From NCBI GenBank assembly GCA_965644315.1, contig CBFFRQ010000007.1, positions 1 to 51,349 of the forward strand: a DNA stretch of 51,349 nt, read 5' to 3'. Source of the DNA: Caecitellus pseudoparvulus (taxonomy: Eukaryota > Protista > Bigyra: Bicosoecida). The notes under the pieces are model-generated. The model made no database searches, had not been told where the DNA came from, and was given only the letters and a program-made list of their open reading frames with translations. Positions 1 to 10,086 of the stretch are shown here, in pieces (position 1 is the stretch's first letter; each line of letters begins with the position of its first letter). Position numbers and translations under genes: made by a program.

Positions 1-1
1 G

Positions 2-2890
2 CTACAATTTGGTCTGTCCAGGTTCCTTCCTGGGAACTCCCTTCACTTCAAGCCTCCAGACACATGGCTCCCGATGGAAGACGGTGTTGTCTCACACATA
101 GACAAGCTCAATCTTCACCGAAGCCCAGGATCTGGAACATACCAGTCTGAGCACCTGAAGTACTCACCGCTACCTGTGAAGCGGAAGTATGCAAGAGTCC
201 TGCTCGAGGCACTGCAGAAAGGCCTGCCACCAGTCTCTTATCATAAAGGGATCGGCACACTCATACCAAAGAAGACCAGCCAGCCGGGTCAAGTCTGCAC
301 ATATAGACTCATTGTCTGTCGACCTCCACCTGCAAAACTCTTCTTCTCCTTGGTTGCAACCTGCGTTGAGAACTGGATGAAGACGTGGATATCCAAAGAG
401 CAGGCGGGTTTCACACGCACCCGTAACACGCACGAACAAATTCTTGCCCTCCAGGAAGCGACTAACGAGTATGTGAGAGTCTCAGCTGACCGGGCCGTCA
501 TGATACTCTTCGTCGATTTTAAGGGGGCTTTTGACACCGTCAACCACTCAGCCATACTTGAGATACTCACCGCAGCAAATCTTCCACAGCCACTGCTATC
601 ATGTGTCAAGGACTACATGAAGCGCGCTAGTGTTGCCATTCAAACGGCACACGGACTCTGTGAACCCATTCCGGTCACAAATGGCGTCCCCCAGGGCGGT
701 GCACTCTCACCTCTCTTGTTTAAGATTGCCATTGACGTCCTATCCCAGCGACTTCATGAGCTCCCTCAGCAGGGCATTGCTGGGGCAGGGATCGAAACGC
801 CCCACGGCCACATCACGCACACCCTGTACGCTGACGATCTGGCATGTGTCGCCACCTCCCCTGCTGCGATGCTTCGAATGTTTCAAGAAGTGAAAGCTCT
901 TGGTGAGCGGGTGGGACTCTCCATCAACCCAGCGAAATCAGGGGTGATGATTGTCACAAGTGCCTCGACACATCGTGGAGTATGTGCAACGGAACGACGA
1001 AAAGGGTTGTGGAGGTCAAAATGGCTGAAGTCAGGCGCAAAGCTGCAGGTCAAAGGTGTCCCTATCCAGCGGACAAGCAGCTACACTTACCTTGGGGCGC
1101 CCCTATCAGACAACACCAACCGCACCAGAGTTCTCGCGATCAGACAGGCCAGCATCTCTTGCTGCCAGGCAGGCTTCTCCTGCGGCGCCTTGCTTAGTGG
1201 TGTGTGGCTGGATGTTGCCTTGAAACACCGCATGAGCGTCGCCTCAATCACAAGTGCAGCAGATTATGTTCTTGCAACGCAAGTTCGGAACTCTGTACTC
1301 CCACTCCGGGACGTTGACAGGGGCCTGGCAAAGGCGCTGAGCAAGTCCCAACTTGGCATGCAGAGCTCACTCCTGCGCATGCACAACTACTCCAAGCTTG
1401 CCGTATGCGGGGTGCTACCAGCACACATCCGAGCTACCAAACACAGAGTCAATATCTTCAAGAAGCTCCTGAAAGGGATCAAGCGCAGTACCCCAGCCAC
1501 TCTCGCTCTGCTTTACTCCCTTCCACACGCCATCGAGTGTCTCCCACCTGCCATAGACATGCAGTTTCTTGTGAAGACAAATATTCGACTTGACAAGCCA
1601 GCCCCAAACGGCGTCCCAGAATCCTGGGCCCTGCATGGTCTACTGGACCTGTGGCTGTATGGTGCGCTTCCAGCCACGGCAGACATGACCCACCACTGCA
1701 CCCAACCTGATGCAGAAGATGCTGGCCAAACCGACGGAGTTGATGTCTGTCAAGGCATGGACCCATCTCCTCCAAAGATTGAGCTTCTCGGCCTTGCTGC
1801 AGCAGAGCCAAGTTCACTGCGATGGCCACCTGTGTTTGAGGCCTCAACTCCATGGGTCACACGACAACACATTGTCGAGTCGTACCTGCACATCGCCACA
1901 ACAGTGTCCTGCCCCGAGGTTCTTTACTCCTGCGCAAGTGAAATTCCGCGCGCACGACGTCCGAAGCCTTACCACATTGGTCCTGGTGCAAGACTGTTTG
2001 CTTGGCTTCACCCCATTCCCTCATCAGTGAGCCCGCTCCTCTGGATCTGTGAAGGAGATCAGCAGAAACGCGTGAAAGTACACTTGTGGCAGACCTTACA
2101 AGTGCTGCACGGCGAAGATCTCCCTACTCTCTTTCGGGAATGCCCGCTGTGCCACAGCCGCATGTGGTCCAGCCTCCATGAGCATATCCTGCTTGCTTGC
2201 CCCCACCCCCCTCTGGCAGAGTCCAGAGCAGCAACCCTGACAAGCGTCCTCCAGCTGACACTTCGTTCTGCAGAGGAAGGGTCGAGCAACCCACAACCCC
2301 ACCGCGTTGGGGTCCCTTCACTCTTGGTAGCATCCCTGCGCCGCTGGGAGGCTGGTCTGTACCTTCGCACACCAGAGCGCAAGACCATGCTTCGCTTTCT
2401 CCTCCTTGGTCAGTGGCCATTCCGATGGGGCACTGCTGCAGAGCTCCAACATGTGTCCAGGGAGCAGGCATCTGTGCTGTCGAATCCCCACCTGACTCTT
2501 CGAAACTCCGAGGGTCCTCTCCTTCCTCCACTCTATTGGAAGACGATGCTTGTGAAGGCGGCTGAGTATTCCTCATCTGCATGGGACGAGTGTGTGAAGC
2601 GCATGCTGAAACTTACCTCTGAGGACTTCCTACCTGTGCAGAAGCATGCGCGATATCTGTGGTGGGCGGCGCACGGTCGCGGAAGTGCGCTACCAGGATC
2701 CTCCACACCCTTGCCGAGTGCAGTGAGAAAGCACACGGCGAGGGTGCGGGCGAGGCGCTTCGAGCGCACTTACTACCCAGTGCGCTCTGAACGGCGTGCA
2801 CCACGCTCCTTCAGCACCCAGTCCACTCTGTTCGATGTAGGTGTCTCCAGGCCTGATAGTCCTTCCAGTTCGGGATCCGACTCGGAGTAG
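2..2890 (+). CDS. Non-LTR retrotransposon reverse transcriptase with C-terminal CCHC zinc knuckle (5'-partial)
   Basis: Motifs YRLI, EQAGF, FVDFKGAFDTVNH, GVPQGGALSPLLF, LYADD, GLSINPAKS and YTYLG are present, plus CPLC-x8-H-x4-C. The frame is open from base 2, so Met74 is internal. No restriction-like endonuclease motif is seen after the knuckle, so an APE domain is expected upstream of the window. Confidence 0.95.
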   Translation, partial: LQFGLSRFLPGNSLHFKPPDTWLPMEDGVVSHIDKLNLHRSPGSGTYQSEHLKYSPLPVKRKYARVLLEALQKGLPPVSYHKGIGTLIPKKTSQPGQVCTYRLIVCRPPPAKLFFSLVATCVENWMKTWISKEQAGFTRTRNTHEQILALQEATNEYVRVSADRAVMILFVDFKGAFDTVNHSAILEILTAANLPQPLLSCVKDYMKRASVAIQTAHGLCEPIPVTNGVPQGGALSPLLFKIAIDVLSQRLHELPQQGIAGAGIETPHGHITHTLYADDLACVATSPAAMLRMFQEVKALGERVGLSINPAKSGVMIVTSASTHRGVCATERRKGLWRSKWLKSGAKLQVKGVPIQRTSSYTYLGAPLSDNTNRTRVLAIRQASISCCQAGFSCGALLSGVWLDVALKHRMSVASITSAADYVLATQVRNSVLPLRDVDRGLAKALSKSQLGMQSSLLRMHNYSKLAVCGVLPAHIRATKHRVNIFKKLLKGIKRSTPATLALLYSLPHAIECLPPAIDMQFLVKTNIRLDKPAPNGVPESWALHGLLDLWLYGALPATADMTHHCTQPDAEDAGQTDGVDVCQGMDPSPPKIELLGLAAAEPSSLRWPPVFEASTPWVTRQHIVESYLHIATTVSCPEVLYSCASEIPRARRPKPYHIGPGARLFAWLHPIPSSVSPLLWICEGDQQKRVKVHLWQTLQVLHGEDLPTLFRECPLCHSRMWSSLHEHILLACPHPPLAESRAATLTSVLQLTLRSAEEGSSNPQPHRVGVPSLLVASLRRWEAGLYLRTPERKTMLRFLLLGQWPFRWGTAAELQHVSREQASVLSNPHLTLRNSEGPLLPPLYWKTMLVKAAEYSSSAWDECVKRMLKLTSEDFLPVQKHARYLWWAAHGRGSALPGSSTPLPSAVRKHTARVRARRFERTYYPVRSERRAPRSFSTQSTLFDVGVSRPDSPSSSGSDSE

Positions 2891-3065
2891 TCCTTGCACT
2901 CTCCGAAGAACGTCCGTGGATCTGTGAAAGAAATTCTGCAAGGCGTGGTGAGAACCACGATGGAACCAGAAGGCTTGGCAACGTGGGCCCAAGCGGCCCC
3001 CTTCATGTTGACCTCTCTCTGCGAAGCGGAGAGGAATAGGTCAAGAAATGCTGTCACAGTGCTTA

Positions 3066-3740
3066 CCTGGAGGTTCTTGATCCCATACAAGTCCTAGCTG
3101 TCTCCCTGCAGCGGCGCGTGCGGAACTTGGCGTGCTTGACGCACGGGCGTCAGGCGCGCCGCCGCCAGAGAGGACTCACCAGGATCCAAGCCGTCCACAA
3201 GCACTCCAAGGGTTTACCTGCGCAGAAAGGATCGGAAAGGGCGCGGAACGTACCAAGAACAAGGCGTTCCTCAGGTGTTCGGCGGGGCAGGCAGTGCGTG
3301 ATGCTGCCAGGTGCACTGCCCCACTGCGAAACGCCCCCACTTGTCCCGGGCACTGAGGCCCATGTAGGGCCCACAGTGGGACGAAGTCCCGGGCCCGAGT
3401 CGGAAACCGGCCCGGGATAATGGGGGAAGTTGAATTGTAAGCTGATGGAATGTCTGAGTGGGTGGCGCTGGCTGCGCACCCCCCCACGAGACCGAGCTCT
3501 GGCCCCCTCGCGGGCATGTGGACCTTCTTTCGAAGGGGCGGGCGTTGAAACGCCCTAGCGAAGCGGCGGCTTATACAACGGACTCACGTCTGTGCTGGCT
3601 GCAGATCCATTAACATGGTAGCCGCTGTGGTGTACACCGGAGCGCACTCGTGTGCGACGGTGAGCAGGACACCACGTGTGATGCCCCAGCTGCACCGCGC
3701 CTGTGGCAAGCGTGGAAGCGAATTGCAATGCATTGACTGT
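3066..3740 (+). ncRNA. Putative highly structured RNA domain (retroelement 3' UTR)
   Basis: Nested stems read by eye: GCGGCGCG 3111-3118 with CGCGCCGC 3155-3162; GGAACG 3245-3250 with CGTTCC 3265-3270; GGCAGTGC 3290-3297 with GCACTGCC 3313-3320; CCCCCA-C-TTGTCCCGGG 3334-3350 with CCCGGGATAA-TGGGGG 3411-3426; TGTAAGCTG 3436-3444 with CGGCTTATA 3567-3575; GTGGTGT 3627-3633 with ACACCAC 3669-3675. No known family was recognised. Confidence 0.5.
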
Positions 3741-3755
3741 CTAACCCTAACCTAA
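3741..3755 (+). repeat. Telomere-like C-strand repeat CTAACCCTAACCTAA
   Basis: Read directly. The reverse complement is TTAGGTTAGGGTTAG. Confidence 0.7.
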
Positions 3756-5415
3756 GTCCGCTCTTGCCGTTGTCCCCATCAGCATCTGCTGCTCGGGATA
3801 CAATGATAAAGTCCAATGCAGGGAAGTTGTCCGGAGTCCGGACCACACAGCGCTCACCAGGGCGCATTTGCCTCCACTTCCGCAGGGCACCCAGGTCAAG
3901 GACTTGACTCGCACCCTCCCCCGCAGCGCGGAGCATGTCGTCGTTCCCCAAGGCCCATACGTTGAGGGGCATGGTGGACAGGTCTTGCGACCCCAATGCG
4001 TGGACGGGTGGGGCGTGCCGCGTGCTCGCCGACCCCAGCGGGGTCATGCCTGTGCCAAGCAAGCCCAGCAGCAGAATTGTGTGGATGCGCTTCTCATAGT
4101 CGTCTTTTCCAGGAAGCAGTGTTGCGGCCTCCAAGAAATTCACAACCCCTTCGCACACGGCAGGATCCGTGGCCTTGGATTTCTCGAGCAACTCCCCAAG
4201 GGCCTTCACCATGGCCACCAGTGCCACAGAGGATGACAGTCTTGCTGTCGTCAGCGTGGGCAACCTGGGGTCACGATGTTCGACCCGCTGGAGAATTGAC
4301 GAAGTTGCAAGGCTGGCATAGAGGTTGGAGTGCTTGGCCGGGTCCGCCAGCATGTCTTCAAGGTCTGCTTCCTTGTCATCCCAGTACGTCACACACCGGC
4401 TCGCCATATGCTCGACACGCTTCACCAGCACACGCTGAGCGTGCGCTTGAAATGCACCTGCATCCTTAAACACGGCATCAGGCGCGTCCTGCAGCAGCCA
4501 ATGGATGCTGCGTGTGTTCCCTGCCACCAGTTTCACGTAGCCCTCCAGCGTGCATGAGTAGGCAGCATCTTTCATCTTCTCCCGGTGCTTCTCTGGCACC
4601 TGCAAGCACAAGTCTTCAGGGCTCTTGAAGCAGCTCTCGGCCTCGGAATCCTTCTTCATCGACACACCACGCCCTGCACATTCGTACCCTGCAGTGCCCT
4701 TCAACAGTGCCAGTGCTGTGTCGGGCGGCACTTGCTGCATCTCAAACAGAGGGTGGTGGTTCTCAGCGCTTGTTGGCAGTTTGCGAACGTGTGCGTTCCA
4801 GTCAGGGGAGTATGCAAAGAGGTACTGGCCAGGCTGGAACCACGCCGTTGTGGAGAACCAGAAGCCCTCCACTGACGCTGTCTGGTTCGAGAACAAAGCC
4901 GGATCAAAGCGGTCCACATTGATCCGCTTCTCCAGCCGATTCACCTCATCCATGATCAGAGCACTAAGACTGTCAGTCTTGAACCTCGTCATGGGGGATC
5001 CGAAGTGCCCCCGGATCCCACAGAAAAGCTCCTTCGTACCCCGCAGCGCTGTGGCTGGCTTCCCAATCTGCATCAAGGCACGAGATACGTCAGGCCATGA
5101 CAATGCAGCCCCGCACGACACACTCAAGCACGCATGCATCGCTCCGACCATGGTATCCTCCCACGCACTGGCGTTCAGCGCTGAGGCGTCAAACTTCGAC
5201 GTGGCGTTGCCGGCATTCGGGAGGGCAATGCTTGCATCTGGGAAGAAGGCAACATCGCCCCCTGCCCCGATGCTCACCACAGATGCGAGCAAGCGCAACG
5301 TTGCGGACTTGCCAATGCCATGGGGCCCGCTAAGTGCAACTCCTCGGTCGGGAGCTTTCAGCGTCTGGGCGGCCTGCCGCATTGCCAGCAGCCTGGGCCC
5401 TGTCCCATTGAGTGG
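3756..5415 (-). pseudogene. Crinkler/RHS (CR)-type P-loop NTPase plus restriction-endonuclease-like protein, probably truncated at both ends by transposon insertions
   Basis: Walker A GPHGIGKS, Walker B LIMDE and C-terminal PDNFPALDFIIV, which resembles the first motif of CR-REase domains. The frame runs upstream only to a TAA at 5416-5418, coinciding with the Harbinger TSD, and runs downstream into the telomere-like repeat. Confidence 0.65.
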
Positions 5416-6016
5416 TTAGGAGGGGTTCGTTTTTGAGCTTGTCAGGAGGGCATGTTGGCGATAGTTGTATGTGATAATGTACTGAGTATAAAATAACGAA
5501 TGCATACATTATTTTTGTCAGAGTGTGCTTGAAAGGTTGGGTCTGTGATGCAAACTGGATGCGGAATTTGCTTGCCCACGTTTGTAAAAGGAGGCTGCTG
5601 TCTTATGTTCCAGTCTACTTGCGCGTATTCGTACACTTTCGTGATCCAATGCAAATTTTTATGAAGTGTGGGCCGAATTTCGAGGAATCGGGCCGTTTTG
5701 GTGATCACCCTCTTTCGATTCGGGTGAGTTGTCTGTCGATTACGAACAGAGGGCCTGCGTCGTCATCGAGGTGCTCACAAACCCGCATTCGACACCGGCG
5801 CAACCAGCACTCCAGCCCCCATGTGTCTTTCACAGTGTCGAACTACCGATCAAACGATCAGCGTCCCAGGGTTGCAATTCACAATTTTCACCTCGAAGGC
5901 TTGCACTTCCCGCAAGGCGAGTTTCGCGGAAATCGAAATGAGTCTTGGTTGAGACAGGCCGAACAAGGCACTGTGAGAAAAGACTCCCCGTATTGTCTTG
6001 CACAGATCATACAACC

Positions 6017-7845
6017 ATGTCTGGCATGCAATTCCTGGTTTCCTTTTTACTGTTGCGCCGGCGGCAGCATGTCCGTAGGTTGCAAGCGCTCCAAGCACTT
6101 ATTGCCACAGAAGCAGCACTGTTGCTGGCAGTGGTAGCAATGGCCGATGAAGATGGACACGAGCAGGCCGTGCCACTACCGTGCTTCGATGAAGACTGTG
6201 CTCTGGAGGAGGGCGTGAGGGCCAGCGCACGTGGCCGCACCAATCCTCTTGCAGGTTTGGCATCCGGTGTGAGGACGTGGGTGGCACGGCAACATGGAGT
6301 GCCTCTCGAAGAGCACGAGGTTTGCACAACCCCACATACGGTGTTGCAGTATACTATGAAGCAGTTGTGCTCTGTTGGTGTGAACACTATTTTAGCTCTA
6401 TCGGTGTGGTTCATGAAATCTTCTGCACCAAAACTCTGGTACAGGTGGGTCATGCATTCGATCCTACCCGTGGAAGTAGAGGCCCACGCTGTGGAGCTTG
6501 CAGGTGATGAACCTGCAGAGGAACCAGACTCACAAGAGCACAGGACCTGGCAGAGACAGCTTCGGCGCCACAGGGAAGACTGTCTGCACGAGCACTGCAG
6601 TCGCCTTGGGGCATGCGAGCGTCCCATGGTGCAGCAACAGCCATCAGTGGCAGACTGGTGGGGTGCTGTGGACTCATCATTCTGCGGCCAAGGATGCACT
6701 TTCAGTTGGCTGGAGGCTTGTTGCCTTGGAGTGCATTATATGTGCAAGGGTTTCAACATGAGAGCTGGACAAGAAGCGTTCACTGGGGCATCGAAGTCCA
6801 CATGCAGTCGAATCCTAAAGGTTTTCTTGCGGTCTATCTCATCCAGCATGTTTGAACAGCAGGTGTACATGCCAGCACCAGATTCTGGGGAGTGGATGGA
6901 GAGTGTACGATTGAACTTTGCCCTGTCAGGCATGCAGCTGCCGTGCGTAGCAGGCAGCGTGGATGATACACATGTGCGTGCTTACATCAGTGAAGATAGT
7001 GGAAAGGGCGTATACATAAACAAGGATGGCGTGGCTTCGGTTAGTGCCCAGTGCATGGTAAGTGGCCACGGACTCTTCTGGCAAGCAGACATTGGGTATG
7101 CTGGTGCCGAAAGCGATCGGGGGAAGCTCATAAGGTCTCCCATGTTTGCGGCAATGGTCGGGAACCCAAGCTTACGTCCTTGTCCACTCCCATATACATT
7201 GGCAGCAGACTCGGGATTTCGTCCGGGGTACACATTCTTACTTCTTCCGTTCGACCAGCGGGACACTGATGTGGTGCAGCCGAATCATTTGGTGACAATT
7301 TTCCACGATGCACTTTTGCACATTCGAGTTAAGGTAGAATGTGCATTTGGAGAGCTCAAGAACAGGTTCCGCATCTTGAACAACACTGCGAATGGAAACC
7401 TTGGGCCAGCAGCAGTTGCACTGCGTCTACGTGTAGCTGTAGCACTGCATAACTTTGTACTGCGAGCTCTGCCATTGCGGGCATCTGTGTGGCATGCCCT
7501 TGATGTGACAGCGCCGGGGACTGTCTGGGGTGACCTGCTGGAAGAAGCAACGGCAAAGGTGGTAGAGGACTTGCTTGAGGCGCAGCCCCCTTCATGGAGT
7601 ATGCCGAGTGCCATGGGATGGAAGACGCAAGTGCTGGAGCTGGCGCTTGGCCAGCTTCCACCCACACCATCTTCAAGTATGCTGGGGTTCAGTATCGCTC
7701 CATCATGGTGGGCACTGCCCAGTGGTGCCGCGAGAGAGTTGAAGAGCTAGCCCTTCTGCACCTGCAAGCACCTGAACAGCCTGGGGCTGCCGGCGAAGGT
7801 GATGAAGGGAGTGACTGGGAAGGTGACTCTGTTGGCAGTCAATAA
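6017..7845 (+). CDS. Harbinger/HARBI1-like DDE transposase (probable frameshift near 7586-7590)
   Basis: Motifs GSVDDTHV, YINKDG, AADSGF, RVKVECAFGELKNRFRIL and ALHNF. The main frame stops at 7750, but a shifted frame (7594-7845) gives a more typical helical and acidic C-terminus. Confidence 0.9.
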
Positions 7846-7865
7846 TGCAGTGTGTTGTCTCATGT

Positions 7866-10086
7866 TCATGACTGCATGGGTTGCCCAGCAACACTACGCT
7901 TCTTCAGGGCTGTAACCATTTGAAGTCGGGCGCGTGCGACCTTCAGCTCCTTGTCTGCGTCTGACAGCGGGTGCGGTGGCATGCCACGCAAGGTTGGAGG
8001 CACACTTCCGCTGTGCAGCTGCTCCAAAACAGTCTGAACCTGCTCTTGCATGCTAAGGTCACCGTCAATGATGCTTAGGTCCAACCACCCCTGCACTCTT
8101 GTAATTACACCTGATATCGCTGCATCTACCGCACGCTCACTATGTGCGGCAGCAGCACCTGGTGCAGGCACCGAAAGCGAAGGTGCGGGCTGCTGCACTT
8201 GCAAGGACTGCTGGAAAAACTGAAGAAGTGAGGCGTCCTGTTGTGCTTGTCGTTCCCGTGCTGCCTCTTCAGCAACCTGTCGTTTCTCCAGCGAATCTGC
8301 CAAACGGGCAACGATGTCACGCATGCCTGCGGCTGGTGGTGACGTGCCAGACCCCAGGCGACCTCCATCCAGGGCTCCAGTTGCTTTTGCAACAGCAGCA
8401 ACACGGCTTCCCGTGCTCGTTCCACTCCCCGCACCTGATAGGTACTCTCCGCCCTGTCGCGGACTTTCAGTGGGCAACGCAGCGGGCCTGCCACTCGCCA
8501 ACAGCGAGGCTACTGTGTGTGATCCTTCAGATCTAGCCTCTGCAAATATCCCGTTGGTGATGTTGCGAGGCACTGAAGACATCGTTGCCTTTGGCCTGGC
8601 TTTGCCTTGGCACACGCTTGCATAATTCATCAGCTCGCCCGGAAGCAGTCCACCGTTCAGGGGTGGATAGCGCAAGTCATCAGTTGGTCCCACAGGCAAC
8701 CACATTTCCTTGTTCGTTACGCTACACCGCAGGCGCTGGAAGCGCAAGCGCGCAGCGGCGCTTGCGTTTCGTGCCCTGCTCCACCCCACCTTCGTGATGT
8801 CCCAACGTGTGTACTTCTTTCCATTTAAATCAAGAGAGGGAGCACCAGGGTGGCTAGGGGCTGTGGGTTCGCTTGCCCCCCCGCTTCCCGTCCTTCTGCC
8901 CTCAGACCCGTTGATGATGTCAACCTGTTTCTTCAACGTTTCGAGGCTGGCCCAAGTACCTGAAGCTGGAACCAGAGCCTCACGAAGGAGGCTTGAAACC
9001 AGGACCAAGCCTGACCACGACAGGAAGGCTTCTTGGGAATCACTACCTGGTGTTGAAACCAACACCATGTACTTTGAGTCGTCTCGCTCCGGCCATGGCC
9101 TTCCTAGCATGTTCGTGTCATGCTCCTCGAAGGCAGTGAGCAGCAACGGCAAGAATTTGTGAGCTAGGCTCTTGCCCACAATGCCACTTCGCATCTTGTT
9201 GCTCCCTTGTGTGGCAAAAGTCCGGAACAGGCTTCTGTCAGAGCCTTCCGGGCATGGCTCACCCGACGAGACAACACGACCCCCAAGAGATGAGTAGTCA
9301 ATGGTACCCTCACGAACACCCAGACGAACGATAGCTCCAGACATTCTCCATGCACTTGCTTTGTTTCCAAAGGCAGCCCAGGTCGACGACGGCATCAAGG
9401 TGGCGAACTCCTTCTTGTCAGGGTGCGTCTGCACCCCATTCTTGGACGGTGTTTGCAACAGAGCTCGATCAGTAGAGGCCCACGGAATTGGGCTCGCTGA
9501 GTCGAGACGCATCAACGCACGGGCAGGGGAAGTGGCAGCTGGTGTCGCGCCGACGGCACCAGCAGCACTCCGTGGTGGGGAAGGGCTGCCAGCTGTCCAG
9601 GACACACCACCACTCTCCAAGTCAGGACTTGAACTGTCACTCTTGCCCTCATCACCACTCATGTCAACGACCTCGTCTGCGGGCAGAGTCAGGAAGGCGT
9701 GTTTGCGAGAAGCGTTTCGGAGTTTCACACAGCGGAAATGAAAACGAACCGAAAGCTTCCAGTTGTTCCTTAGCGTTTGTCTTCATCCTCCTGGCAATGC
9801 TTGCTGTAAGGGCAGCAATCCGGACTGGTCTGGTAGGCGTTGCGATGGCGGGTGATTCTTGCGCAGCGAGTTCGCTTCCTGGAGGCGTTGCAGGCAGCTC
9901 AAACACCCGTCCTGCTGCCCCGAGCCTCGCGCCCGTCCGCAGTCGGGAAGTCGGTGCGTTACCTTGAAGGAACTGTCGGACCAGTGCATGTGTGTCCGCT
10001 TGCGAGCCTTCAACTGCGGTTCTTTTGCCACTCGTCGGCGCATCTGCCTGAACGCGTGCATTCCGGGGGCGCTTGCGGCCAGACAT
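7866..10086 (-). CDS. Harbinger second ORF (putative DNA-binding partner protein), 2 exons
   Basis: A GT-AG intron at 9677-9749 with a CTGAC branch point joins ORF 9664..10086 in frame to ORF 7866..9728 (LEAF/DEVVDM). Has an N-terminal NLS-like RKRPR and a C-terminal coiled coil, and converges on the transposase. A Myb/SANT motif is not clearly recognisable. Confidence 0.7.

Larger units (their letters stand above)
1..3755 (+). mobile_element. Non-LTR (LINE-like) retrotransposon, 3' portion; 5' end lies outside the window
   Basis: RT ORF followed by ~850 nt of non-coding sequence that ends in CTAACCCTAACCTAA (3741-3755). At that point the neighbouring minus-strand ORF loses its recognisable motif pattern. 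The 3' boundary is inferred. Confidence 0.8.

Noticed and set aside
2-2890. Bacterial retron, group II intron, DGR or Penelope/TERT reverse transcriptase
   Set aside because: The motif set (QAGF, AFDTVNH, GVPQG, YADD, C-terminal CCHC) and the eukaryotic context fit a non-LTR retrotransposon.
3262-3280. Hammerhead core CUGAGGA on the minus strand
   Set aside because: No GAAA follows a stem II, so the core cannot be completed.
3391-3420. SRP RNA helix 8 look-alike (GTCGGAAAC)
   Set aside because: Lacks the conserved CAGG/AGCAG internal loop and an Alu domain.
3495-3570. HDV-like ribozyme (GCC-CCCTCGCG-GGC resembles P3/L3; GCGAA resembles J4/2)
   Set aside because: No 7-bp P1 followed by GG, and the bases after GCGAA do not pair with the would-be P2 strand.
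3741-3900. Host telomerase RNA gene starting at the CTAACCCTAAC motif
   Set aside because: The downstream sequence is the antisense of a protein-coding region, with no pseudoknot evident. A retroelement tail is the simpler reading.
9741-9750. AAAACGAACC as the right TIR of the Harbinger
   Set aside because: Matches only part of the TIR, lacks CCTCC and a TSD, and overlaps the splice donor of ORF2.
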